The notes: generated from the letters alone by a model not told the origin. Shown: positions 1 to 8,283, counted from the stretch's first letter. The stretch: 37,135 nucleotides of DNA from a virus (IMGVR_UViG_3300018080_000352:1-37135); one strand, 5' to 3'. Program-made: numbers and translations.

Positions 1-657
1 CAGTTCCCTACGGTACAGTTGCTCTAAGTCCGGAACCCGTTTTGGGACGGTGTTGTAGAATACCCAGAGACCGATCGTACGGAACACGTCACAAAGTGCG
101 TACTCTTCCAACAGGGTCGAATTTGGGTCCAAGGCTTTGGGTAGCCAGTACGCTCGTTCTTTTGCTTCCGGCCCTTTTGGGACGACATGGCCCATCCGCC
201 GAGCTAAGCGTAGAGAGTCGTCGATTCCGTGAAGCAGAGCGTCTTCATCGTCGGCCGGGATACCCAGGTGCATCCTGGCAAGCTCTTTCAATCCGTGCGG
301 TTTGGTTGAACAAAACAGGTGCGATAGAAGGAGTGTGCAACGGACTCGCGGCCACCACCTTCTAAAGCTGATTCCGACAGCCTCAAGCATGGCGATGTCA
401 AACTTGGCATGGTGGAAAACCATTACCTCTGCTTCGTCGAATAGTGTGCGTATGTCTGCCAGATCGGTGCGTTTGACCTTGGGCTTTCTCGTCTTGAGGT
501 CCACAGGCCATTCCCAAATCCACTGGTCTCCAGTATTGTCTTGGACTGTGACAACAAACGGTCTGTCGCCTCTTAGCGGCTGCAACCCGGTGGTCTCAGT
601 ATCGATAGCCAATGTGTAGACATTCCTATCCTCCGGGAAGATATATTGTGGCTCCAT
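1..657 (-). CDS. DNA polymerase (family A-like), N-terminal 3'-5' exonuclease domain; runs off the left edge
   Basis: Not in the ORF track; translated by hand from ATG at 657 with GGAGG 6 nt upstream. MEPQYIFPEDRNVYTLAIDTETTGL (ExoI), VFHHAKFD (ExoII), EEYALCD (ExoII), open to position 1. The last motif is the ExoIII-type YxxxD. Confidence 0.8.
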   Translation of the reverse strand, partial: MEPQYIFPEDRNVYTLAIDTETTGLQPLRGDRPFVVTVQDNTGDQWIWEWPVDLKTRKPKVKRTDLADIRTLFDEAEVMVFHHAKFDIAMLEAVGISFRRWWPRVRCTLLLSHLFCSTKPHGLKELARMHLGIPADDEDALLHGIDDSLRLARRMGHVVPKGPEAKERAYWLPKALDPNSTLLEEYALCDVFRTIGLWVFYNTVPKRVPDLEQLYRREL

Positions 658-680
658 GCTGTGCCTCCATAGCGGGAAAC

Positions 681-718
681 GAAAAACCACCGGCCGGGTT
701 GTGAGTCCAGCCGGTGGT
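681..718 (-). terminator. Intrinsic terminator after the SSB-like gene
   Basis: Minus-strand stem ACCACCGGCTGG/CCGGCCGGTGGT (one G-U), loop ACTCACAAC, then a T-tract. Confidence 0.7.
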
Positions 719-746
719 ATTCGTTAGGGTTACACGTGGTCAGGGA

Positions 747-1358
747 TTAGAGTCCCAGATCGCTGGGGTCGATGACCGCGTTGATGTAGTGGTTGGTGTA
801 GACCTTGCCTTTGCTCTCGGACGTGTCCACACCCATCTTGACGTAAATCTCAGCGGCGTCCAACTCCGTGACCAGACCAGGGATTTCCAACTTGTCGTGC
901 AGGTCGTATCCGAGGGTCCTGATGTCGTCCACGAAGTTGGCGAGTCCCCAGTTGTTCTCCGGGTCGTCCGGATTTTCCAACCGGTAGAACTTGGTTACCG
1001 GAACCCCACTGAACTCCTCATCCATGTCCTCATCGCAGATGCAGGTAAAGTGCATCCGGACGTAGGGGACCTTCCCCTTGTCGGGCTTGGTCCGTCCACC
1101 CGTGCAGTCTCCCAGTTTGGCGTAGTACGTGCCGGGAGGGAGGGTCTGCTTTGCCTTGAGAGCGTCCTCGAACGTGTCCTCCGCCATGTCTTTGACAGCC
1201 GATTCGAGGGCTGCCATGTCTCCCACGTTTCCCGCACGACCCTTCGCCTTGTTGCGTTGGGCGGTTCGGTTAGCGGTAGGAGCGGCGTTTCCACGACCAC
1301 GTCTTGGGGTGGTGGACTTGGCTTTGGGTTTGCTTTTCGCAGGAGCTTTTCTTGCCAT
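747..1358 (-). CDS. Putative ssDNA-binding protein (DUF669/OB-fold-like) with basic N-terminal tail
   Basis: TLPPGTYYAKL...GKVPYVRMHF pattern, acidic C-terminus, directly downstream of the Sak4-like ATPase. Confidence 0.6.
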   Translation of the reverse strand: MARKAPAKSKPKAKSTTPRRGRGNAAPTANRTAQRNKAKGRAGNVGDMAALESAVKDMAEDTFEDALKAKQTLPPGTYYAKLGDCTGGRTKPDKGKVPYVRMHFTCICDEDMDEEFSGVPVTKFYRLENPDDPENNWGLANFVDDIRTLGYDLHDKLEIPGLVTELDAAEIYVKMGVDTSESKGKVYTNHYINAVIDPSDLGL

Positions 1359-1405
1359 CTTTTCAATCTCTCATCTAAAGTGGTTGGTAATAAGCCTATG
1401 GGAAA

Positions 1406-2314
1406 CTACTTCTTTCTCTTGGTGGATGTGGCCTTTCTTTTAGTGGGTTTTGTTGTAGTGTTATTCGCCTCTTCCGCTTCCTCGATACGTGCTTCCTCCT
1501 TTCCTAGTATCAGGGTGTCGAGAAGTTTGTTATCGAATGCGTCCATGAGGTTCTTGTAGGCCGTCTTCGCAGACCTACCAGCATCGATTGTGACGATACT
1601 GTCTCCGTCTGGTGCCTGGAATCTGTCCTCCAAGCCACATGCGGCCCACACCATCGAATCCCCACGGACTGTCATTGAGCGGCGTTCGCCCACGAAACCG
1701 TAGTAGATCACCAGATCGGCCACCGCACGGATGTACTCCCATGCGGCGTTCGGGGCGGTGGGTATCACCATCTCAAAATCCGGTTCACTTGTCAAGGTTT
1801 TTACCTCACGATAACGTCCGTGAGATACGAATACAACGAACGTGTCGCTGTAAAGCAACTCATTCATAGTTTTCTCGAAGTCCACTTTGATATCGTGCCA
1901 GAGGGCACCCCAGTCGTCAAGACCAAAGGGACTTGCCACACCCTGCTCTTTGCAATGATCCTGTAGGCATGCCGCGTAGGCTCTGTCTACAGTGTCGATA
2001 GAGACTGGTGTGTTCTGTTCTACCAGGAGAGGGACGTAGGATTTGAACCTCTTCCAGTTCAACCGTTGTTCACCCTCCTGTGGGATTTGCTTGATCCTCA
2101 GGTTGCGGCGTCTCGGTTCCCACATGGTGACGGTCATGTCAGGAAACTGGGCACACAGTGAGGTCTTGCCTATCCCCTTCTCGCCATACACCATGACCGT
2201 GTAGGCCGTCAAGTCGTTTGGTGGAACGAGGGGTTCCGTTGGTAGGGATATCGACTTCACGGTCTCAGCCTTGGTACGTCGTGCGGTCCGTTTCGTCAGT
2301 TTTCTCGGCGGCAT
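1406..2314 (-). CDS. AAA_24/Sak4-like ATPase (single-strand annealing recombinase family)
   Basis: Walker A MVYGEKGIGKT, Walker B VSIDTVD, VVFVSH and ADLVIY motifs; sits between a nuclease and an SSB-like gene. Confidence 0.8.
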   Translation of the reverse strand: MPPRKLTKRTARRTKAETVKSISLPTEPLVPPNDLTAYTVMVYGEKGIGKTSLCAQFPDMTVTMWEPRRRNLRIKQIPQEGEQRLNWKRFKSYVPLLVEQNTPVSIDTVDRAYAACLQDHCKEQGVASPFGLDDWGALWHDIKVDFEKTMNELLYSDTFVVFVSHGRYREVKTLTSEPDFEMVIPTAPNAAWEYIRAVADLVIYYGFVGERRSMTVRGDSMVWAACGLEDRFQAPDGDSIVTIDAGRSAKTAYKNLMDAFDNKLLDTLILGKEEARIEEAEEANNTTTKPTKRKATSTKRKK

Positions 2315-2317
2315 TTT

Positions 2318-3493
2318 TCACCTTTCGATGAGTTCAGTAAACACTCGCCGCTCTTTTTTGTAGTGGGCGTAGTTGGCATGTACGATGATATCGAAAACAT
2401 CGCACGGCCCGTAGGGACCCACAAGAGCGTCCGAGTTGAGGTAGTGGTGTTCGGAATTGAAGGGGTTGTTCAAGTCCAAGCTGTCCCACCACTTCTTGAT
2501 CCGATTCACGATAGGGATCAGGGTCCTAGTGATGAATTCATCAATCTCTTTTGGACCGATGTCGTATGTGTACCGGTTGAACCAGTATGACGGCACCTTC
2601 TTCTTTTTCGTCTTCCGTGTGTCGTCTACGATTGCCTCCTCTATTCGGGCACAGTATTCTGGAATGGATTCCCCAACGTGGGGCTTTGAACCTGGCATGC
2701 GTACAACGTCGAAACCGTAGGAGGTGATGGGGCAAGCGTGCAGTACCTGCATAGCGTGGGTATACGCTGCAAGTTGGAAATTGAAATACATGCTGTTGGT
2801 AATATCCATCTCGTTGATCTTGCTTTTGAGTTTGGTATCCCAGACGCTCCATCCTTCTGGAAAGGATCGCAGTTGGTCAACCCTCCCGCGAAACCGTACT
2901 CCTGCGAGGTCGATATCGAAGACACCCTCAGCCTCTATCAACTCAGACTCTTTGCTGTCCATCTCCGCCCAGTATGCCAGATAGTGACTGAGCAGGACGA
3001 CGCACAAACCCTCGCACATGTCCCAGACGTGACGTTGTTTGTTCGTCAAGGACATAGGCCGCTCCCTCGTAACGTGGAACGACACGGCCTTTTTGGCGGC
3101 AATGCGTATTGCCTTTTCGTCCTTCTTCCACGGTACGAACAGCATGTCGTTGTGGAGTATGTCAAGGCAGTCGTGAAACATGCTGCCAAGTACGAGTGGT
3201 TGACGAACCGCTTTCGTACGCCAACCCTCAACGACTGATACCCTGAATTGTTCAGGGCAGGTAAGGAACTTCTTTATGGACGACTGTGTCAGTCCGTCTC
3301 TGTACAAGTCCCAAACGGGGTCGGACTTACCCCAGATTTTACGCTTTGGCTTCGCCTTTGGTTTTGGTTTTGGCTTTGGTTTGGGTTTTGGCTTTGGTTT
3401 TGGTTTGGGTTTTGCCTTTGCCTTGGGTTTTGGTTTTGGTTTGCTGGGGGCGGTGGACGGCCGTTTTGAAGGGGAACGTTTTTTTACCGGCAT
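2318..3493 (-). CDS. PD-(D/E)XK (RecB/Cas4-like) exonuclease with Pro-Lys repeat N-terminus
   Basis: LTQSSIKKFLTCP, LGSMFHDCL, RGRVDQL, WDTKLK, QLAAY motifs. Start moved to MPVKKR (3493), which has AAGGA upstream. Confidence 0.8.
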   Translation of the reverse strand: MPVKKRSPSKRPSTAPSKPKPKPKAKAKPKPKPKPKPKPKPKPKPKAKPKRKIWGKSDPVWDLYRDGLTQSSIKKFLTCPEQFRVSVVEGWRTKAVRQPLVLGSMFHDCLDILHNDMLFVPWKKDEKAIRIAAKKAVSFHVTRERPMSLTNKQRHVWDMCEGLCVVLLSHYLAYWAEMDSKESELIEAEGVFDIDLAGVRFRGRVDQLRSFPEGWSVWDTKLKSKINEMDITNSMYFNFQLAAYTHAMQVLHACPITSYGFDVVRMPGSKPHVGESIPEYCARIEEAIVDDTRKTKKKKVPSYWFNRYTYDIGPKEIDEFITRTLIPIVNRIKKWWDSLDLNNPFNSEHHYLNSDALVGPYGPCDVFDIIVHANYAHYKKERRVFTELIER

Positions 3494-4142
3494 TTCGGTC
3501 CTTTCTGTGCAGAGCCTGACACAACGCATCAACCAGTTTGTCGTGAGCAATGCAGTAAGTGTTTGAACCTACACCTCCATTCCGTTTGATGTAGGACGGA
3601 TGCCACAAGTCACATACTGATAAGCCTTCGTCAGCATCGCACGCAATGCGGCGTCCTATTGGGGACTCCTGTGCGACCTTGCCGAGCAGAACCACCAGAC
3701 GCAACTCCGGGCGGAGTAGGTTGTAGAGGTTGAGGATACGGGGGTGGCACGCCATTACTTCGTCCAGGAAGGGCTGACGGAAGTTGTGACCCTCACCCGG
3801 AGTGATCGGTCTACAGCCCATCACGTTGGCGAACCCGTAGCTGTACTTGTCGACGTGGGTAAAGGTTTCTTCCACCATCGCTCTAAGCACAGAACCGGCT
3901 GGTCCAACAAAGGGTACCCCCAGATTATCCTCTTCCCGCCCAGGTGCTTCACCGATGAATAGCACCTCGAACGGGAATGTAGGAGGGTCACAGAATAGCA
4001 GGCAGTGGTTGTGGGCAATCTTTCCGAGGCGACAGTCCTGACAATGGCACCACCGTTGTCTGTGACTCTTCCAGGGTGACTTGTAACCACTTCGTGCAAC
4101 GACTCCGTTAACGTTAAAACTTGGTAGAACGATCTTTGCCAT
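3339..4142 (-). CDS. Uracil-DNA glycosylase, family 4 (phage SPO1 polymerase-related type)
   Basis: CHCQDCRL Fe-S cysteines, LFIGEAPG, PFVGPAG, NVMGCRP, LLGKVA, WHPSY. Confidence 0.9.
   Translation of the reverse strand: MAKIVLPSFNVNGVVARSGYKSPWKSHRQRWCHCQDCRLGKIAHNHCLLFCDPPTFPFEVLFIGEAPGREEDNLGVPFVGPAGSVLRAMVEETFTHVDKYSYGFANVMGCRPITPGEGHNFRQPFLDEVMACHPRILNLYNLLRPELRLVVLLGKVAQESPIGRRIACDADEGLSVCDLWHPSYIKRNGGVGSNTYCIAHDKLVDALCQALHRKDRNAGKKTFPFKTAVHRPQQTKTKTQGKGKTQTKTKAKTQTKAKTKTKGEAKA
3343..3442. repeat. Degenerate hexamer repeat (AAACCA/AAACCC/AAAGCC on minus strand) coding PKPKPK
   Basis: Run of TTTGGT/TTTGGG/TTTGGC units on the + strand. Confidence 0.9.
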
Positions 4143-4148
4143 GGCGTG

Positions 4149-4880
4149 CTATCCAATGGTATCACAATACGGCAGGAGGACTTCTTCCTGTAGTCGTATT
4201 GTTCGGTTAATGAGGTTGTCAGTACGCACCGAGCCCCGCAAGGTGTAAGTGAATGCGTTGAGGAGTTCCCACATCGACCCCTCGGGCTCGTCGGATTCTC
4301 GCCACTTGGCCAGGACTCTGCCGATCATGGAACTGCTTATCAGTCCCTTGTCCATGGCCTGGATCAAGATGTGATCAATGCCTGGGTAGTCTCTGAGGAA
4401 CTCGACAGAACGCAGCCACTCGATTCGGTCTTTCTGAGTGTCACCGAATGCGAACAACTGATCCATCCCAAGGTTCACCCGCAAAGGGAGGTCTTCCGTG
4501 ATGCCGGGTGTGTGTCTTCTTCCGACGACAACCTCACCCACAAACATCAGGTTGGAGCAGACGATCACTTGGCTTCCCCAAGCCAGACCAACCGCAAACT
4601 TCTTGTCCAGGGAATTGCGTATACCGACGCAGGTCTTGTACTCGGTATCCGCTTCGCCATACTTCAGATGCAACAGCCCGAAGTAGCGTGTGTCATCACA
4701 GGCAGTCGTGTGCCATGAGTCCTCGACTTCGACCTTACGTTTTCGCAGGCAGTCAAGTACAGTCTTGAGGACAAAGTAGTGTGACACCGGTTGCCACGTC
4801 TTGGTGGCCGATGGGTTCTTCATCCTTTTGAGTTTGTTCAATGAACAAAGACCCTCAGACGCACTCGGGATCAACGACAT
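4149..4880 (-). CDS. DUF932/DUF945-family protein
   Basis: WQPVSH, GIRNSLDK, VIVCSNLMF, RRHT, WELLNAFT motifs; GGAG RBS. Confidence 0.75.
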   Translation of the reverse strand: MSLIPSASEGLCSLNKLKRMKNPSATKTWQPVSHYFVLKTVLDCLRKRKVEVEDSWHTTACDDTRYFGLLHLKYGEADTEYKTCVGIRNSLDKKFAVGLAWGSQVIVCSNLMFVGEVVVGRRHTPGITEDLPLRVNLGMDQLFAFGDTQKDRIEWLRSVEFLRDYPGIDHILIQAMDKGLISSSMIGRVLAKWRESDEPEGSMWELLNAFTYTLRGSVRTDNLINRTIRLQEEVLLPYCDTIG

Positions 4881-4889
4881 GGGTCTCTC

Positions 4890-5387
4890 CTATTTAGGGG
4901 CTTTCGCTCCACAACAGTGCAGGAACGAATCCGTGTTGAAACCTGCGTCGTACTCTGGCAGAACGATAGCCAGTACGTTGCACAGGAACGTATACTGAGA
5001 CTCGGTCAGTTCTATGAATCCGCCCTTTATCTTCGCTCGGCGGAGGCTTTTGATGTAGCGACCAACTCGTTCGGTGTGCCCCAGACCGTACGGGCTACCG
5101 TCTTGCAAGAGTCGCCTGGTGATAGCGTTGTCAGGGGTACCCGAAGGACGGCCTTCCTTGAAGCGGACCTTGTCAGCAGTACTCGCTTTCGGAGCATTGC
5201 TGAGATACTCTCTGAGGTTGAGGATTTCGGGTTTCGGTTCTTCGATAGCCGTCTTCTTTGCCTTCGGCTTAGCCTTTCTTGGGTCAGGCTTCGGCGGGGG
5301 GTTCCGTTCGTCCTTCGGTCGTGCTTTCCGTGGCTTGGGTCCGCCCTTCCGTGCCTTGGACCGCTTGGGTGTCCCCTTCAGCATCAT
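4890..5387 (-). CDS. Hypothetical protein with Lys/Arg/Pro-rich N-terminus
   Basis: GAGGAG RBS; fits the operon; basic disordered N-terminal third. Confidence 0.6.
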   Translation of the reverse strand: MMLKGTPKRSKARKGGPKPRKARPKDERNPPPKPDPRKAKPKAKKTAIEEPKPEILNLREYLSNAPKASTADKVRFKEGRPSGTPDNAITRRLLQDGSPYGLGHTERVGRYIKSLRRAKIKGGFIELTESQYTFLCNVLAIVLPEYDAGFNTDSFLHCCGAKAPK

Positions 5388-5610
5388 TGTTCTCCTCGTC
5401 TAACAAGTAGTGTTCAAGGGAAGAAGGTGTTGTGATACGAACCACCTCAATCCAGACAATACGGCCGTGGATACTGCCGAGTGTGCGAGCGTTGGCAACG
5501 GCCTGAGAGCCGTCTTGTGTGGGGGACATGTACCTTCTCGGCACGCGGTCATGGTCCTCACGGTACATTACTTGGTAGTGGAGTAGTGTCAGGGGTTCCG
5601 GCTGCATCAC
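5284..5610 (-). CDS. Hypothetical protein
   Basis: Start overlaps the upstream stop (GTGA) with AAGGAG RBS; 3' end overlaps the next gene by 104 nt, so the end is uncertain. Confidence 0.45.
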   Translation of the reverse strand: MMQPEPLTLLHYQVMYREDHDRVPRRYMSPTQDGSQAVANARTLGSIHGRIVWIEVVRITTPSSLEHYLLDEENNDAEGDTQAVQGTEGRTQATESTTEGRTEPPAEA

Positions 5611-5813
5611 GTAGACTCCTTAAAATTGAAGTAGAAACGGGGAGAGTGTTGGAACTGGAGGAGTCCGCGTACCTTGTCGCTTCGCCGTTCGACGAGGACA
5701 TAGGGGGCCTGGAAGCCAAGGGCTTGGAAGTCTTCCATCATCTCATGGGTCGTCCAGACTTGGCCGTGGATTTCCTCTAACTGCTTACGGACTTCAGCAT
5801 GTTCAATCGCCAT
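5607..5813 (-). CDS. Small conserved hypothetical protein (HGQVW...FQHSPRFYF)
   Basis: AAGGAG RBS; resembles from memory a small family seen in planctomycete mobile regions (unverified). Confidence 0.65.
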   Translation of the reverse strand: MAIEHAEVRKQLEEIHGQVWTTHEMMEDFQALGFQAPYVLVERRSDKVRGLLQFQHSPRFYFNFKEST

Positions 5814-5835
5814 GGTATTACTCCTTGCGTGTTAG

Positions 5836-5869
5836 GAAAAGAAAAAGAACCCCGGTTGTGAGCCGGGGT
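5836..5869 (-). terminator. Intrinsic terminator
   Basis: Stem ACCCCGG/CCGGGGT, loop CTCACAA, then TCTTTTTCTTTT on the minus strand. Confidence 0.7.
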
Positions 5870-5893
5870 GTTTTGGTGTAGAACAACCAACTC

Positions 5894-6280
5894 CTAAACC
5901 CAGATGTCGCAGGTGTCCTTGTACTCACAATTGTTGCATTCGGCAAAAGGCCGAACACAGTTTTTGCGGAGCCTACTCGTGATCGAGTCCGGCAGTTCGT
6001 CGATTACGTCGTGACACTCGGCATCGAGAATCATCACCATTATGTCGTCAGAGTTTGGGATCATGGACAACCCGCATATCTCGTACAGTTTTTCGTACTT
6101 CATGCGTTGTCCAAGGTGTTTCAGTGTAGCCAAGACACCAGTGATGTAACTTACCACACCGGAGTTGAGAACGTCTGCGGTCGCAAAAGCCAACAGACGA
6201 TCACGAGGATTGGTGATCGGGGTTTCTGAATCCCGAACTTCCTTCAGTAACCTCTGCACTAATTCGTCCAAGTCCGCCAT
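5894..6280 (-). CDS. Hypothetical protein with C-terminal Cys cluster (Fe-S or Zn)
   Basis: GGAGG RBS; CVRPFAECNNCEYKDTC. Confidence 0.65.
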   Translation of the reverse strand: MADLDELVQRLLKEVRDSETPITNPRDRLLAFATADVLNSGVVSYITGVLATLKHLGQRMKYEKLYEICGLSMIPNSDDIMVMILDAECHDVIDELPDSITSRLRKNCVRPFAECNNCEYKDTCDIWV

Positions 6281-6295
6281 GTCTTATCCTCCAGG

Positions 6296-6344
6296 AAAAA
6301 GAAAAACCCCTAACCCGATACAACGTCGTACCGGGCTAGAGGGG
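6296..6344 (-). terminator. Intrinsic terminator
   Basis: CTAGCCCGGTAC/GTATCGGGTTAG stem with two G-U pairs (minus strand only), outer C/G run, then TTTTTCTTTTT. Confidence 0.75.
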
Positions 6345-6366
6345 AACACAACGTACAACACGTTGT

Positions 6367-6591
6367 CTAACCGTTACGTTTGAGCGGGTAGTAGTAGGCG
6401 TTAACGCCCACGGTCACTTGCTGACCATCAACCTTGACGTCCGTTTGGACGTTGCCCTTCGTTGATGCGACCACCATCGTTTTGCCAGATGCACTGGGCT
6501 GACCGATCGGGTCACACTCCAGTACCAGGGTCAAAACGTGACCGGTCTTGCTTTTGGTGGACTTACTCTTCTTCGCCGACAACAGTGCCAT
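6367..6591 (-). CDS. Small conserved hypothetical protein (PSASGKT..VAST.GN family)
   Basis: AGGAGG RBS; recognisable SASGKTMVVASTKGNV motif; basic N-terminus. Confidence 0.7.
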   Translation of the reverse strand: MALLSAKKSKSTKSKTGHVLTLVLECDPIGQPSASGKTMVVASTKGNVQTDVKVDGQQVTVGVNAYYYPLKRNG

Positions 6592-6614
6592 GATACAGCC
6601 TCCTAGTTAGGGTA

Positions 6615-6639
6615 ATGGGCTGGGGGCCGTGGGGGTGTT
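6615..6639. repeat. IR1 left arm (pairs with 7296-7320)
   Basis: ATGGGCTGGGGGCCGTGGGGGTGTT; 23/25 complementary to 7296-7320. Confidence 0.95.
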
Positions 6640-6683
6640 GAAAGTTGGTATAGAACGTGTTGTACTACGTGGTCTTGAACGAG

Positions 6684-7268
6684 CTACTTGACGGCGGGAA
6701 ACTTAATCTTCCCACCAACCTTGACGATGTCGCCAAGGAAAATGTAACCGGCGTTGACAGGGATCGAAGAGTTGAGTCGGTTTACCAACGGCTTGTCGTA
6801 GAAGACAGCCTTTCTCTCGTTGATCAGATCACCTTTCTTCTGCTTGTCGGTGGTCCTCTTAGCCAACTCCGGCTCATCATCCGTGATCAGGCATCGTAGG
6901 ATGCCTTCAAACGGGTGCCATACCTGCACGACGGTTCCGGGAGTCGCAGAATCCCACAACGCACGCCTCTCCTTTTCAGGATAGTCGGGTTTGAGGGCCG
7001 CGAATTCCTTTTCCCTTTCCTTCATCGTCTGTTCCAGTTTGGCCGCCTCTTTCCGCTCTTCTTCCTTCTTGAGCAGTTCGTCGAACAACTGTGCCTCTGC
7101 GGCACTGAGTTTTCGACCAGCGACTGACTTGGAGGACTTCGCAGCGGGTTTGGAAGACTTCGCAGCCTTAGCGGCAGCAGCAGTGCTGATTTTCCGACCA
7201 GCGGGCTTGCGAGACTTCGTGGCGGGCTTACGGGTTTTGGAAGCAGTACTTTTCGTGGACTTAGCCAT
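6684..7268 (-). CDS. Histone H1-like (K/A/S/T-rich) N-terminus, coiled coil and small C-terminal domain; putative nucleoid-binding protein
   Basis: MAKSTKSTASKTRKPATKSRKPAGRK...; AAGGA RBS. Confidence 0.65.
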   Translation of the reverse strand: MAKSTKSTASKTRKPATKSRKPAGRKISTAAAAKAAKSSKPAAKSSKSVAGRKLSAAEAQLFDELLKKEEERKEAAKLEQTMKEREKEFAALKPDYPEKERRALWDSATPGTVVQVWHPFEGILRCLITDDEPELAKRTTDKQKKGDLINERKAVFYDKPLVNRLNSSIPVNAGYIFLGDIVKVGGKIKFPAVK

Positions 7269-7295
7269 GATAGGTTTCCTTTGGTAGGTGTTAAA

Positions 7296-7320
7296 AACAC
7301 CCCCACGGTTCCCAGCCCAT
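7296..7320. repeat. IR1 right arm
   Basis: AACACCCCCACGGTTCCCAGCCCAT. Confidence 0.95.
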
Positions 7321-7323
7321 AAT

Positions 7324-7348
7324 TAGGGTAAAGCTACCATCCCCCGGT
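7324..7348. repeat. IR2 left arm (pairs with 7983-8007)
   Basis: TAGGGTAAAGCTACCATCCCCCGGT; 23/25 complementary, 24/25 counting G-U on the minus-strand RNA. Confidence 0.95.
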
Positions 7349-7360
7349 TAAGGTTCAGGG

Positions 7361-7651
7361 TCACGTAAAGTTTGAAAATGCCTCTTCGACAGTCATGCCG
7401 TCTCGTACCGCACGGTCCTTTTGTTTCCAGGTGATTGCAGTAGCGTACACCACTTCGCCACAGGCGGGAATTGGCCGGGACGGGTTGCGATGAGCCAAGA
7501 AATGCTCGCCGCATAGTGTAGTGTTTCCACAACACCAGCCGTTTTTCAGTCGCTTGCCGCAAACGTCGCACTGTACCGTGCGGGAAACGAGCGTTGAGAT
7601 GTGGAATGCGTGCCAATGGCAGCCTTGGTCGTCGACCACTTCAAGCATCAT
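7361..7651 (-). CDS. Small Zn-finger protein
   Basis: CDVC...CC....LCGEH; AGGAGG RBS; coupled to the upstream ORF. Confidence 0.65.
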   Translation of the reverse strand: MMLEVVDDQGCHWHAFHISTLVSRTVQCDVCGKRLKNGWCCGNTTLCGEHFLAHRNPSRPIPACGEVVYATAITWKQKDRAVRDGMTVEEAFSNFT

Positions 7652-7967
7652 CGGACTTGGCCTCCTTTAACATGGTAGCCATGTCCGCACCAAACACCGC
7701 CTCAATCGCTTCAATCGGTTCCCTGACTTTGGCAATCATGATGTATCGCCAATCGATACCGAGCTTGGGCATTTCGGGTGCCATTGTTATGCCGACCACG
7801 ACTTGATTGTAGTACCTCTCCTTGAAAGGAAAAGCTACTATGTTGCCCGCTCTTGAATCGGCCTTGTCCATATTTTGGAATATGCCAATCCACGTTTCGT
7901 CACCGTCGCTCAACCACATTTCCATACGGTCTAGATGGTCTCGCAACTCGGAAAGCGTAATCTCCAT
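7641..7967 (-). CDS. Hypothetical protein (108 aa)
   Basis: Start moved to MEITLSEL (7967) with GGAGG RBS; the longer 8102 start would run through two IR arms and the neighbouring gene. Confidence 0.65.
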   Translation of the reverse strand: MEITLSELRDHLDRMEMWLSDGDETWIGIFQNMDKADSRAGNIVAFPFKERYYNQVVVGITMAPEMPKLGIDWRYIMIAKVREPIEAIEAVFGADMATMLKEAKSDDA

Positions 7968-7982
7968 GGTAATCCCTCCAGT

Positions 7983-8007
7983 ACGGGGGGATGATAGCTT
8001 TACCCTA
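7983..8007. repeat. IR2 right arm
   Basis: ACGGGGGGATGATAGCTTTACCCTA. Confidence 0.95.
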
Positions 8008-8015
8008 TAACCACC

Positions 8016-8041
8016 GTATCGGTGTTTCATTCTATCCCCTA
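8016..8041. repeat. IR3 left arm (pairs with 8309-8334)
   Basis: GTATCGGTGTTTCATTCTATCCCCTA; 26/26 complementary. Confidence 0.97.
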
Positions 8042-8058
8042 GTGAATTGACTATCGGG

Positions 8059-8283
8059 TCAATTTTCCGCTTTTTTGTTTGCAACTGCCAATCGCAGTTC
8101 ATTAGGCGTCAATTTGCCTAATGCCCCACAATCGATAGTCGCTGTACAACCACCAGGTTTGTGCTTGTGGTGAATGTTAAACGGTTTGATTGTTTTGCGT
8201 TTCAAACCGTACCCGGTCGCTTTTTTTCGTTTTTCGTATTTAGTGACTGCAATTTCCGTTTGTTCGGGTGTCATTCTACGCAT
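8059..8283 (-). CDS. Small basic hypothetical protein; first gene of the leftward operon
   Basis: TAGGGG RBS 8-9 nt upstream; AT-richer than its surroundings; enclosed by IR3. Confidence 0.6.
   Translation of the reverse strand: MRRMTPEQTEIAVTKYEKRKKATGYGLKRKTIKPFNIHHKHKPGGCTATIDCGALGKLTPNELRLAVANKKAEN

Noticed and set aside
2318-3493. Nuclease as CRISPR Cas4
   Set aside because: Lacks the C-terminal three-Cys cluster and sits in a nuclease-Sak4-SSB recombination module.
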